DNA from: Brevibacterium luteolum
GTDB taxonomy: Bacteria; Actinomycetota; Actinomycetes; Actinomycetales; Brevibacteriaceae
Reading direction: 5' to 3'
Length of the DNA stretch: 64,000 nucleotides
NCBI RefSeq assembly: GCF_013004595.1
Contig: NZ_JABEMC010000003.1
Location: 186,001-250,000, forward strand
In this document: piece by piece, positions 30,470 through 39,967 of the stretch
How positions within the stretch are numbered: the first letter of the stretch is position 1
Layout of the letters: every line of letters begins with the position of its first letter
Translations under genes and position numbers: made by a program
Notes under the pieces: generated by a model
The model's database searches: none
What the model saw: the letters and a program-made list of their open reading frames with translations, nothing else
What the model was told of the DNA's origin: nothing

Positions 30470-30901
30470 TCAGTCGGTGTCGAAGACGCCGCTGTCATAC
30501 AGCAGCCGATCGAGATTCGGAGTCAGCGTGAGTGCCGCCAGCTCCTCGGCTGTCACCCAGCGTGCATCAGCGGCATCATCACGTGCACGCAGCTGACCGC
30601 CGGTGACCGTGGCAGCGAAATCCCGGACACGGTAGATGCGATTCTCACCAGCTGGAATGTCGAGGCTCGGCAGCTGCCTACCGATGGCCACCTCAAGACC
30701 GGTCTCCTCGGCTACCTCGCGGGCGGCGGCCTGCTGCCAGGTCTCACCCGGCTCGACCTTCCCGCCGGGCAGTGACCAGCGGCCGCGGTGCGGTTGCGAA
30801 CCCCGCAGCACGAGCAGCACCCGGCCACGGCCATCGGTGACGACCGCGCCTGCCGCAGGCACCACCTCGGGACCGGAGGCGGCATCACCACGAGTGTCCA
30901 T
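30470..30901 (-). CDS. NUDIX hydrolase
   Basis: Nudix box GGKVEPGETWQQAAAREVAEETG. Confidence 0.92.
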   Translation of the reverse strand: MDTRGDAASGPEVVPAAGAVVTDGRGRVLLVLRGSQPHRGRWSLPGGKVEPGETWQQAAAREVAEETGLEVAIGRQLPSLDIPAGENRIYRVRDFAATVTGGQLRARDDAADARWVTAEELAALTLTPNLDRLLYDSGVFDTD

Positions 30902-30905
30902 CGGC

Positions 30906-32540
30906 TCAGCCATGGGCCGCCGCGCGGCCGGCGATCCGGCCGGAGAACAGACAGCCGCCGAGGAACGTGCCCTCCAGCGACCGGTGACCGTGCATGCCGC
31001 CACCGCCGAAGCCGGCAGCCTCACCCGCCGCGAACAACCCCGAGATCGGAGTGCCGGAGGCGTCGAGAACGCGAGCGTCGAGATCCGTGTGCAGCCCGCC
31101 GAGGGTCTTGCGGGTCAGCGTGCGCAGGCGGACAGCGATGAGCGGACCGGCGGCCGGGTCGGTGAGCCGGTGCGGGGCAGCAGTGCGCATGAGCCGATCA
31201 CCCCGGTAGCCGCGGGCATCGCGGATCGCAGCCAGCTGCGCATCCTTGCCGAAACCGTTGGCTAGCTGGTCGTCGCGGGCGGCGATGAGCTCGCCGATTG
31301 CTGCGGCATCGAGTGCGTGGTCCGGTTCGAGCCGGTTCATCTGGCCGACGAGATCGGGAACTGTCGCAGCAGTGAGGAAGTCCTCGCCGTGGCGCAGGAA
31401 ATCGGCCACCGGTCCGGGCGGCCCGGAGCCGAGGCGGCCGGCGAGCTTGCGGACCGAACGGCCGGTGAGATCGGGGTTCTGCTCTGAACCGGAGAGCGCG
31501 AACTCCTTGGAGATGATCCGCTCATTGAGGATGAACCAGGAATGCTCATGCCCGCCGGCCCGCAGGTGGCCGAGTGTGCCGAGCGTGTCGAAGCCGGGCA
31601 AGTTCGGGGCCGGCAGGCGGTTGCCTGCGGCATCGAGCCACAGGGAGGAGGGCCCGGGCAGGATCCGGATGCCGTGGCCGGGCCAGATCGGGTTCCAGTT
31701 GCGGATCCCCTCGACGTAGTGCCACATGCGGTCAGGGGCGTGGATGTGTGCGCCTGCCGCCTGCGCGACGGGGAACATCGACCCGTCGACGTAGGCCGGC
31801 ACGCCGGTGAGCATCGACTCCGGGGCGGCGCCCAGACGCGTGGGCCAGGCGGAGCGTACGAGTTCGTGGCGCCCGCCGATCCCACCGGAAGCGATGATGA
31901 CGGCATCGGCAGCGATCGAGAAGTCGCCGACCGCCTCGGACGTTGTGGGCCTCCCGCGCGGGGCAGGGTCATCTGCGAGCATGTGCCCGGCAACCCCGGT
32001 GATCCCGGCAGGTGAGCGGGTGAGCTCGGTGACCTTGTGCCGGAAGCGGGGGATGAGTCGGCCGGTGCGCACGTGCTCCTTGGCGCTGATCAGGAACGGT
32101 TCGACGACCCCGGGCCCGGTGCCCCAGGTGATGTGGAAGCGCGGCACCGAATTGCCGTGCCCGTCAGCCCGGCCGTCACCGCGCTCAGCCCAGCCGACGA
32201 TCGGGAAGAGCCGGTGCCCCTTGGCCGCCAGCCAGGCGCGCTTCTCACCGGCGGCGAACTCCAGGTAGGCCTCCGCCCAGCAGCGCGGCCACACATCGGA
32301 CTCATCGAAGCCGGCAGTCGACATCCAGTCGCGGTGGGCGAGGTCAAGGGAGTCGCGGATGCCCATCCGCCGCTGTTCGGGCGAGTCGATGAGGAACAGC
32401 CCGCCGAAGGACCAGTAGGCCTGCCCGCCGAGGTTGTTCTCCGACTCCTGATCGAGAAGCGTGACGGTCGCCCCAGCCTCGCAGGCCTCGGTGGCGGCGA
32501 CCATACCGGCCAGTCCCGAACCGATGACGACGATGTGCAT
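30906..32540 (-). CDS. FAD-binding dehydrogenase of unknown substrate (KsdD-like family)
   Basis: GSGLAG, GGQAYWSFGG, RFHITWGTGPG, SLEGTFLGGC. Confidence 0.9.
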   Translation of the reverse strand: MHIVVIGSGLAGMVAATEACEAGATVTLLDQESENNLGGQAYWSFGGLFLIDSPEQRRMGIRDSLDLAHRDWMSTAGFDESDVWPRCWAEAYLEFAAGEKRAWLAAKGHRLFPIVGWAERGDGRADGHGNSVPRFHITWGTGPGVVEPFLISAKEHVRTGRLIPRFRHKVTELTRSPAGITGVAGHMLADDPAPRGRPTTSEAVGDFSIAADAVIIASGGIGGRHELVRSAWPTRLGAAPESMLTGVPAYVDGSMFPVAQAAGAHIHAPDRMWHYVEGIRNWNPIWPGHGIRILPGPSSLWLDAAGNRLPAPNLPGFDTLGTLGHLRAGGHEHSWFILNERIISKEFALSGSEQNPDLTGRSVRKLAGRLGSGPPGPVADFLRHGEDFLTAATVPDLVGQMNRLEPDHALDAAAIGELIAARDDQLANGFGKDAQLAAIRDARGYRGDRLMRTAAPHRLTDPAAGPLIAVRLRTLTRKTLGGLHTDLDARVLDASGTPISGLFAAGEAAGFGGGGMHGHRSLEGTFLGGCLFSGRIAGRAAAHG

Positions 32541-32595
32541 GACGCCTCCCTCCCTCGTCTGGCATCAGCTTACGTCAGGCAGCTTACGCAGATGA

Positions 32596-33345
32596 TCAGC
32601 TGCGGTGACCCAGGCGCATCGACAGGTCCGCTGCCGCAGCCGCGCAGGCATCCCCGAGCTCGCCGATCCGGTCATCGGGCACCCGGTACAGGGGAGCAGC
32701 GATGATGATGGCTGCGACGAGTTCGCCGCGGTGATCGCGGACCCCAGCGGCGATGCCGACGACGTCTGGAGAGGTCGCGGCATGGTTGACGGCGTAACCG
32801 CGCGTGCGCACCTCCTCCAAACGCTCGGCGAGTCCCGGTTCTGTGTGCTGGCCGCTGACCTCCGCCTCGGCGGCGAAGACCTGCACCGAGGCGGAGTCGA
32901 GGTTGGTGTAGCGGGTGCCGAGCGGCACAGTGTGCTTGATGATCTGGGTGCTGGCCACCTGCTCGACGACGACCGCCTCAGCAGCACTCCACACCGTCAG
33001 TGCGGCAGTCTCCCCGGTCGACACGCTGAGCTCGGTGAGCACGGGGAGTGCGAAGCGGCGGATGTCAAGGGTCGCGAGCATCGGTCCGGCGATGGCAAGC
33101 AGGCCGAGTCCGAGCCGGTACTTCTTCGAATGCGGATCCTGCTCGACGACCTCTTCGGCTTCAAGTGCGGAGAGGATGCGTGAGACAGAGGACTTGTGCA
33201 GGTCGAGGCGGGCTGCCAGCTCCGTGACACCGAGCAGCGGCTCGTCGACGGAGAAGCAGCGCAGCACTGCCAGGATGTTCGCGGTCACGGACCTGCCGCG
33301 CCCGGCTGCCGGATCGGACTCTCGCATCGTCTTCCTCCTTGTCAA
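32596..33345 (-). CDS. IclR-family regulator
   Basis: HTH LGVTELAARLDLHKSSVSR; TGETA; VRTRGYA. Confidence 0.93.
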   Translation of the reverse strand: MTRRKTMRESDPAAGRGRSVTANILAVLRCFSVDEPLLGVTELAARLDLHKSSVSRILSALEAEEVVEQDPHSKKYRLGLGLLAIAGPMLATLDIRRFALPVLTELSVSTGETAALTVWSAAEAVVVEQVASTQIIKHTVPLGTRYTNLDSASVQVFAAEAEVSGQHTEPGLAERLEEVRTRGYAVNHAATSPDVVGIAAGVRDHRGELVAAIIIAAPLYRVPDDRIGELGDACAAAAADLSMRLGHRS

Positions 33346-33376
33346 CAGCCTAGCGGGCGCGGCAGGTCACTGCTGG

Positions 33377-34693
33377 TCACAGAATGTTGTGCTCAGGTCC
33401 GAACGGGAACCCGGTGATGTTGCGGGCACCGTTCTCTTCGACGACGAGGATGTCGTGCTCGCGGTATCCGCCGGCACCCGGCTGGCCTTCGGGGATCGTG
33501 ATCATCGGCTCCATGGAGACGACCATGCTCGGTTCGATGACGGTGTCGATGTCCTCGCGCAGCTCCAGGCCGGCCTCACGGCCGTAGTAGTGGCTGAGCA
33601 CTCCGAAGGAGTGCCCGTAGCCGAAGGTGCGGTTGGGCAGCAGCCCGGCGTCGGCGTAGATGAGGTTGAGCTCAGCGGCGATCTCCGAGCACACCGCGCC
33701 GGGGCGGATGAGCTCCAGACCGGCCTCATGCACCTCGACGTTCGTCTTCCACAGCTGCAGGCTGCGCTCATCCGGCTCGCCGAGGAACAGTGTGCGCTCG
33801 AGTGCCGTGTAGTAGCCCGAGCTCATCGGGAAGCAGTTGAGCGAGAGGATGTCGCCGTGCTCAAGCTTGCGGGTGGTCGCCCAATTGTGCGCCCCGTCGG
33901 TGTTGATTCCGGACTGGAACCATACCCAGGTGTCGCGGATCTCGGAGTCGGGGAAGGTGCGGGCGATCTCGTGGACCATCGCCTCGGTGCCGATGAGGGC
34001 GACCTCGTATTCGCTGATGCCCTCCCGGATCGCCTCGCGCACGGCATATCCGCCGATGTCGGCGATCCGTGCGCCATGCGTGATGACCTCGATCTCCTCG
34101 GCTGACTTCACCATCCGCTGCCGCGTCGCCGCCGCACTGATGTCGACGAGCTCGGCATCCGGCAGCGCTGCTTGCAGCTTCGCGTGCTGGTCGAGGGTGA
34201 GGAAGTCGTACTCGACGCCGATCCGGCGGGTGCGGATGCCGCGCTGGCGCAGGGCTTCGGTGATGCCGAAGAAGTAGTTGTCCCGCCGCCAGTCGGTGTA
34301 GACGATGTTCTCTCCGTGGCTGCGCCGCCACGGCATCCCGGCGTCGATGTTCGCGGTCACCGACACCGAATCCTCTGGCGTGACGACGAGCGCATACGAG
34401 CGGCCGAAGGAGGTGAAGAGGAAGTCGGAGTAGTACTTGATCCCGTGATACGAGGTCAGCACGACGACGTCGCAGTCCTGTTCGGCCATGATGTCGCGCA
34501 GCCCGCCGAGCCGGCGTTCGAACTCGGCAGGAGAGAAGGTCAGCGGCACCTTCTGGCCGTTGTGCATGATCTTCAGCCGTTCGGCCGCCATGGCCTCCGC
34601 CGCCGAGGCGGGGGTCGCCTGCGGCGGATCGGCTGGGTTGGGTGCCCCGGCCGTGGTAGGAGGAGTGGCCGTGTGGGGTGCGGTGAAGGACAT
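33377..34693 (-). CDS. Creatinase (creatine amidinohydrolase, M24 fold)
   Basis: MHNGQK, YYSDF..FGR, YTDWRRDNY, NTDGAHN, HYYGREAGLELREDI. Confidence 0.9.
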   Translation of the reverse strand: MSFTAPHTATPPTTAGAPNPADPPQATPASAAEAMAAERLKIMHNGQKVPLTFSPAEFERRLGGLRDIMAEQDCDVVVLTSYHGIKYYSDFLFTSFGRSYALVVTPEDSVSVTANIDAGMPWRRSHGENIVYTDWRRDNYFFGITEALRQRGIRTRRIGVEYDFLTLDQHAKLQAALPDAELVDISAAATRQRMVKSAEEIEVITHGARIADIGGYAVREAIREGISEYEVALIGTEAMVHEIARTFPDSEIRDTWVWFQSGINTDGAHNWATTRKLEHGDILSLNCFPMSSGYYTALERTLFLGEPDERSLQLWKTNVEVHEAGLELIRPGAVCSEIAAELNLIYADAGLLPNRTFGYGHSFGVLSHYYGREAGLELREDIDTVIEPSMVVSMEPMITIPEGQPGAGGYREHDILVVEENGARNITGFPFGPEHNIL

Positions 34694-34752
34694 GTGAGTC
34701 TCCTTTCGGGCAGGATCGGGTTGGGTGTGGACCAGTGGTGGTGCTGTGGTGG

Positions 34753-36156
34753 TCAGTCGTGTTCGAGCGGTTTGCGGAAGGTCTCCTTCGCCAGGGCCAC
34801 TGCGATGAGGGAGACGAGCGCTGCGGCGACGAGGTACCAGGCCGGTGCGAGATCCGAGCCGCTGGCCGCGATGAGGAAGGTCGCCATGAACGGGGCGGTG
34901 CCGCCGAAGAGCGCATTCGACAGGTTGAAGCACACTGCGAAGCCGGAGTAGCGCACGCGGGTCGGGAACTGCTCGGCCAGGAAGCTCGGCAGGGTGCCGT
35001 CGTTGAGGGTCAGCAGAGCACCGAGTGCCACCTGGACGCAGAGGATGAGCACGAAGATTCCGGTGTCGAGCACCATGAACAGCGGCACCGTCAGCAGCAT
35101 GAACAGCACCGAGGCGGAGATGAGGACCTTCTTGCGGCCGAGCCGGTCGGACAGCAATCCGGTGAGCAGGATGAAGCCGATGTAGGTCAGCAGCGCCACA
35201 GTCGTCGAGAGGTTCGACAGGGTCGGGCTGAGCTTGACGACCTCGGTGAGGTAGGTCGGCATGTAGCTTAAGAGCAGATAGAAGCCCACGGCGTTGAGCA
35301 GCACGGCTCCGGAGGCGAGGATGAGCACCTTCCAGTACTTCTTGAACAGGTCTCCGGCAGGTGCCTTGATCGCCTCGTCCTCGGCGGCCATCTCCTTGAA
35401 CACCGGGGTGTCTTCGAGCTTCGTGCGGATGTAGCGGCCGATGAGGCCCATCGGGGCGGCGAGCAGGAACGGGATCCGCCAGCCCCAGTCAGAGAGTTGA
35501 TCGGGGGAGAGGACGCCGTAGAGGAGTGCGGCGATGAGCGAGCCCATGAGCAGTCCGGTCGCCGTCGAGGCCGGCACGATCGCGGCGTAGATCCCGCGGC
35601 GGTGGGGTGGGGCGTATTCGACGAGGAAGGCCGAGGCTCCGGCATACTCACCGGAGGCGGAGAAGCCCTGGACGACGCGCATGATGAGCAGCAGGACCGG
35701 CGCCCAGAACCCGATGGTCGCATACCCGGGGATGAGGGCGATGCAGAAGGTCGCCAGCGACATCAGCAGGATCGACCAGCTCAATGCCACGCGCCGGCCG
35801 ACCCGGTCGCCGAGGTGACCCCAGAAGAATCCGCCGATCGGTCGGATGAGGAAGCTGATGGCGAAGAGTGCGAACGTCGAGAGCAGTGCCACCTGGCGGT
35901 CGCTTTCGGGGAAGAACACCACGGCGATCGTGGTGGCGAGGTAGCCGTAGACGGCGTAGTCGAACCATTCGACGAAGTTGCCGATGAAGCTGGCGGCGAT
36001 GACGCGGCGGCGGGTGGCCCGGTCGACACCGTCTGGGTGTGTGCGTCCCTGTCCGCTGAGCGTGGGGCCGTAGGCTCCCGAGGTGCTGCGCACCGGGTGC
36101 GGTCGGGTTCCGTCGGGGACGGTGTCAGGACTGGGGGCTTTCGGTTCCATGACCAT
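34753..36156 (-). CDS. MHS/ProP-like MFS importer, probably for creatine
   Basis: GNFVEWFDY, QGFSASGEY, WGWRIPF; co-oriented with creatinase. Confidence 0.88.
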   Translation of the reverse strand: MVMEPKAPSPDTVPDGTRPHPVRSTSGAYGPTLSGQGRTHPDGVDRATRRRVIAASFIGNFVEWFDYAVYGYLATTIAVVFFPESDRQVALLSTFALFAISFLIRPIGGFFWGHLGDRVGRRVALSWSILLMSLATFCIALIPGYATIGFWAPVLLLIMRVVQGFSASGEYAGASAFLVEYAPPHRRGIYAAIVPASTATGLLMGSLIAALLYGVLSPDQLSDWGWRIPFLLAAPMGLIGRYIRTKLEDTPVFKEMAAEDEAIKAPAGDLFKKYWKVLILASGAVLLNAVGFYLLLSYMPTYLTEVVKLSPTLSNLSTTVALLTYIGFILLTGLLSDRLGRKKVLISASVLFMLLTVPLFMVLDTGIFVLILCVQVALGALLTLNDGTLPSFLAEQFPTRVRYSGFAVCFNLSNALFGGTAPFMATFLIAASGSDLAPAWYLVAAALVSLIAVALAKETFRKPLEHD

Positions 36157-36188
36157 GGCTTCCTCCTTTGGAAGCAGAAAACTCGTGA

Positions 36189-36215
36189 GTTGCAATCAAT
36201 GCAACAGCGTTGCGT
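36189..36215. promoter_or_regulatory. Overlapping palindromes, putative IclR operator
   Basis: GTTGCA-ATCAA-TGCAAC overlapping GCAAC-AGC-GTTGC upstream of the MFS gene. Confidence 0.6.
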
Positions 36216-36313
36216 TAACTGTAGGTGTGGTGCAGGTCACGGTCAAGGATTGGATGGGAGGAAGCGCACGCCTCGCACGTCTGGCGGTGATTGTCCTGGT
36301 GAGCGACACGACA

Positions 36314-36345
36314 ACGGTCCGGCATCGTCTCGGATGCCGGACCGT
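36314..36345 (-). terminator. Terminator of the ABC operon
   Basis: 13-bp stem ACGGTCCGGCATC/GATGCCGGACCGT. Confidence 0.75.
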
Positions 36346-36374
36346 CTGTTGCGAGGGTGATTGAGGGGAGTGGG

Positions 36375-37166
36375 TCAGGAGAAGCGGCGGCCCTCATCGC
36401 GGCGGTGCGCCCACACGGCGGCGATGATGAGCGGGACGAGCCAGCCGAGCCACACGACGACATTGAGCATGTCGACCGAGCCCTCGCCGATGAGTGCGGT
36501 GACGGCATCGCGGCCGGGGCGGGCCGGGGTGAACTCGGAGATCGCGTTGAGCCAGCCGGGCATCGCCTGCACCGGCAGGATGAGACCGCCGACTGCGGCG
36601 AAGGGCAGGAAGGCGATCTGGGTGATCGCCACCGCAGCCTTCGGTGTGGCGAGGTAGCCGATGAGCAGCCCGCCGAAGAGGAACGGCAGCGCTGCCAGGA
36701 TCCATGCCGGGATGAGCGCGGGCAGACGCCACCAGCCCAGCTCACCGGCAGCGAATGGCTCGAGGACCGGGCTGGCGGCCATCGCGACGATGAACAGCGG
36801 CACGACGGCGATGAGCACGACGATAACCGCCACCGCCACGCGGGCGGAGAAGAACGGGCCTGGGCCGGCCGGCAGGGTGCGCAGGTAGTTCGACCATTCG
36901 GCCTTGCGTTCCTCGGCGATGCCGATGCCGTAGTTGAACAGGAACGTGCTCACCACGCCCATGAGCCCGAGCTGGGCGACACCGGCCAAGGCGACGGCTG
37001 CCTGCTGGTCGGCAGGGGTGCCGTCCATAAACGGCAGGAAGAAGATCGCGAAGACCATGACGGGGAAGACGGCTGCGGAGATGACGACGACGGGCACGCG
37101 CAGGGTGTCGCGGGTGCGGTAGATGAGATGCGGGAGGTATAGAGCCGGGGCGGCGGTGGTGGACAT
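36375..37166 (-). CDS. ABC-2 permease
   Basis: About 6 TM; GIAEERKAEW..LRTLP. Confidence 0.88.
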   Translation of the reverse strand: MSTTAAPALYLPHLIYRTRDTLRVPVVVISAAVFPVMVFAIFFLPFMDGTPADQQAAVALAGVAQLGLMGVVSTFLFNYGIGIAEERKAEWSNYLRTLPAGPGPFFSARVAVAVIVVLIAVVPLFIVAMAASPVLEPFAAGELGWWRLPALIPAWILAALPFLFGGLLIGYLATPKAAVAITQIAFLPFAAVGGLILPVQAMPGWLNAISEFTPARPGRDAVTALIGEGSVDMLNVVVWLGWLVPLIIAAVWAHRRDEGRRFS

Positions 37167-37190
37167 GGCTGCTCCTGTCGGTGCTGTCGG

Positions 37191-38135
37191 TCACTGACGT
37201 GCTGTGTGGGCGGCGACGGCCTCTTCGAGGCTGGCCCCGCGCACTTCGAGATCGGTGAATGTCAGGCCCTCGGCGATGAGGGCGCGGATGAAGGCATCGG
37301 AATCGCTGCAGGTGATGACTTGCCGGGCACCCTCACCGGGCTGGATGCCGGTGACACCGGGCAGTGCGGCGATGACCGCTTCGGGGGTGTCAGGCAGCAT
37401 GACGGTGACATGGCGCAGGTCCACGGCGGTGCGGACGCGATCGAGCTGGTCGTCGACGATGATCTGCCCATCAGCGAGCATGACGACCCGGTCTGCGAGG
37501 CGCTCGATCTCATCGAAGTGGTGGCTGGTGACAAGCAGGGTGCCACCGGCTGCGCTGAACGCCTGGATGCGCTGCCACACCTGCTGGCGGGATTCGACGT
37601 CGAGACCGGTCGAGGGCTCATCGAGGACGAGCATGTCGGGATTGCCGACGAGCGCGACGGCGAGCATGACGCGGCGTTTCTGCCCGCCGGAGAGCCCGCC
37701 GCACTGCTTGCCGGCCAGTGCGGTGAGGTCGAGATCGTCGAGCAGCTCACTCGTCGACAGCGGGTTCGGGTAGTGCGCAGCGACGAAGTCGAGGACCTCG
37801 CGGACCTTGAGCACCTCCGGCAGGGAGGTCGCCTGCGGGGTCACGCCCATCGTGCGCCGCGCCTCGGGTGTGCGCGGGTTGGCCCCGAAGATCGCCACGC
37901 TGCCGGCATCAGGCGTCCGCTCACCGGTGATGAGCGAGAGCAGCGTGGACTTGCCCGCGCCGTTGGGCCCGAGGATCCCAACGGCCTCACCGGGGGTGAT
38001 GCGCAGGTTCATGCGCGAGAGCACGGTGGTGGTGCCGAAGGACTTGGCGACGTTGTCGACGGTGACAGCGGCCGTGCCCGAGGAGGTGGGCGCGTTTGTG
38101 CGCTGCGGTTGGCTGAGGGTGGGGGTCGGTGACAT
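37191..38135 (-). CDS. ABC exporter ATP-binding protein
   Basis: GPNGAGKS, LSGGQ, LDEPS. Confidence 0.95.
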   Translation of the reverse strand: MSPTPTLSQPQRTNAPTSSGTAAVTVDNVAKSFGTTTVLSRMNLRITPGEAVGILGPNGAGKSTLLSLITGERTPDAGSVAIFGANPRTPEARRTMGVTPQATSLPEVLKVREVLDFVAAHYPNPLSTSELLDDLDLTALAGKQCGGLSGGQKRRVMLAVALVGNPDMLVLDEPSTGLDVESRQQVWQRIQAFSAAGGTLLVTSHHFDEIERLADRVVMLADGQIIVDDQLDRVRTAVDLRHVTVMLPDTPEAVIAALPGVTGIQPGEGARQVITCSDSDAFIRALIAEGLTFTDLEVRGASLEEAVAAHTARQ

Positions 38136-38431
38136 CAGGGGTTTCCTTCCAGGATGGTGCGCAGATTGGTCAGATAAGTCTCATAGGATGCACGGCCGGT
38201 GGCGGTGAGGGAGAGGTAGGTGGCCGGTGTGCGGCCTTCGATGGTCTTGGTCTGGGTGAGGTAGCCGGCTTCTTCGAGCTTGCGCAGGTGGGTGGAGAGG
38301 TTCCCGGCGGTCATCGACAGGTCCTTGCGCAGGCGGGTGAACAGCACCTCGTCGCCGGCCGGCAGTCCGGCCAGGGCGGCCATGATGCGCAGGCGCGAAT
38401 CAGCGTGGATGACCGGATCAAGTGCCGTCAT
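38135..38431 (-). CDS. Small winged-helix regulator (ArsR/MarR-like)
   Basis: LDPVIH..RLRIMAAL..TAGNLSTHLRKLEEAGY. Confidence 0.9.
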   Translation of the reverse strand: MTALDPVIHADSRLRIMAALAGLPAGDEVLFTRLRKDLSMTAGNLSTHLRKLEEAGYLTQTKTIEGRTPATYLSLTATGRASYETYLTNLRTILEGNP

Positions 38432-39090
38432 GACCGGCCTGCTTCCCGTCCGGTGCGCGCGAGGGCGATGATGCTGACGACGAGTCCTGCCAGGGCCGCT
38501 GCGGCGAAGACGAGCGTGAAGAGCTCCGGGCCGACCAGCAGGCTGATGATGAGGGCCACGATCGCCCCGATGCCGAATCCGAACATCATCCGGTCGGAGA
38601 AGATGACGCCGCCCATGACGATCATGATGCCGACGCCGAAGACGGCGACCGAGTTGGCCAGCCAGCCGATGACCTGCGGGTCCTGCAGGTAGGTGCCCAG
38701 CTGCATGCTCACGATGATCATGACGGTGACGACGAGCGCCCAGGTGACGCCGTAGAGCGTGCCCTGCCGGGCGGCGGGACCCCGGCGGCCGGAGGCGGCG
38801 CGCACATTGATGATGCTTGTGGCGATGAGGGCTGCCGTCATGCCGGCGGCGAAGATGATGCCGGCGATGGCTGCGGGCATGAGCCCGAAGACGTAGGCGG
38901 CCGCCATGGCGCTGTACCCGACGAACCAGATGGCCGACCACAGCAGTGAGGTGATGATCCCGGCCCGCTGTTCGCGACGACTGATTGTGCGCTGCCCGGA
39001 GGTGGCGATCTCCAGAGCGCGACGCGGATCGAGAGCTGGTGTGCCCTCGGCATCGTGCGGTTCGGGGTTCTGCTGCGGAATCTGGTTCAT
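38428..39090 (-). CDS. Six-TM membrane protein
   Basis: Hydrophobic ORF, first gene of the operon, ATGA overlap with the regulator. Confidence 0.75.
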   Translation of the reverse strand: MNQIPQQNPEPHDAEGTPALDPRRALEIATSGQRTISRREQRAGIITSLLWSAIWFVGYSAMAAAYVFGLMPAAIAGIIFAAGMTAALIATSIINVRAASGRRGPAARQGTLYGVTWALVVTVMIIVSMQLGTYLQDPQVIGWLANSVAVFGVGIMIVMGGVIFSDRMMFGFGIGAIVALIISLLVGPELFTLVFAAAALAGLVVSIIALARTGREAGRS

Positions 39091-39126
39091 ACAAACCAGT
39101 TTGTAACGCAAACTAGTTTGTGTCAA
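39091..39126 (-). promoter_or_regulatory. Leaderless promoter with tandem palindromic operators
   Basis: ACAAACCAGTTTGT and GCAAACTAGTTTGT; TTGACA-N17-CAAACT-N7-ATG. Confidence 0.75.
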
Positions 39127-39203
39127 CCCTCTGGTTGGCCGCCGTGGGCACGCGGAGGAAAACCGCATGGTGGCGCCCAGCTGAGCAGGGGAGAATGGAG
39201 GAC

Positions 39204-39593
39204 ATGAACGAGACATACGCCCCGCACCAGACCAGCCATCAGTCCACCGACCGCACCAGGGCGATTCTGTGCCACCTCTCGCTCATCATCTCCGCGGTGC
39301 TGAGCCTCGGAATGCTGGCCTTCGTTGGCCCGCTCATCTTCTGGTTCATCTACAAGGACAAGAGCGACCTCGTCCGCAACGCGGCCGCCGGCTCCTTCAA
39401 CTTCGCCGTCACCCTGGCGCTGGCGTCAATGGTCGCATCGATCCTCGCCTTCACCGTCATCCTGCTGCCGGCAGCCTGGATCATCTGGGCAGTCATCTAC
39501 ATCGTCAGCATCGTCATCCCGATCATCGCGGCGATGGCTGCCTCCCGCTACCAGAAGTACCGTTACCCGCTCACACTTCCGCTGCTGCGGTGA
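39204..39593 (+). CDS. DUF4870 membrane protein
   Basis: AILCHLS, GPLIFWFIYKD, SFNF, YRYP. Confidence 0.88.
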   Translation: MNETYAPHQTSHQSTDRTRAILCHLSLIISAVLSLGMLAFVGPLIFWFIYKDKSDLVRNAAAGSFNFAVTLALASMVASILAFTVILLPAAWIIWAVIYIVSIVIPIIAAMAASRYQKYRYPLTLPLLR

Positions 39594-39645
39594 CCGATGG
39601 CCATGTGACAGTCTTGATCACACACGCCGCGGAACGGAGGAACTG

Positions 39646-39939
39646 ATGTCAGAGGTTCGCCTGACAGGACAGCTGATCTGCACTGACGCCCACGAACTGG
39701 CGGTCGTAGAAGAACACCTGCCGGATCACATCGCGCGGACCCGCGCCGAACTCGGATGCCTTGCCTTCTCCGTTGACCAGACGCGTGAGCCTCTCATCTG
39801 GCAGGTGTCCGAGCGCTTCGCCGATCCAGCTGCATTCGCAACCCATCAGGAGCGCGTGGCATCCAACGAAAGGGGACAGGCGACCGCAGGAATCGAGCGT
39901 CGCTACAGCGTCGACGGCATGCCTGCGACCGACAGCTGA
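39646..39939 (+). CDS. ABM-domain (putative quinol monooxygenase) protein
   Basis: HIARTRAELGCLAF..WQVSERF..FATHQ. Confidence 0.85.
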   Translation: MSEVRLTGQLICTDAHELAVVEEHLPDHIARTRAELGCLAFSVDQTREPLIWQVSERFADPAAFATHQERVASNERGQATAGIERRYSVDGMPATDS

Positions 39940-39967
39940 GAACTGCTGCAGCGCCGACGGACTGCGA

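Noticed and set aside
38432..39094. 319-aa ORF 38135-39094 as one protein
   Set aside because: Only the last 98 aa (from 38431) is the wHTH; the upstream part overlaps the membrane protein in another frame
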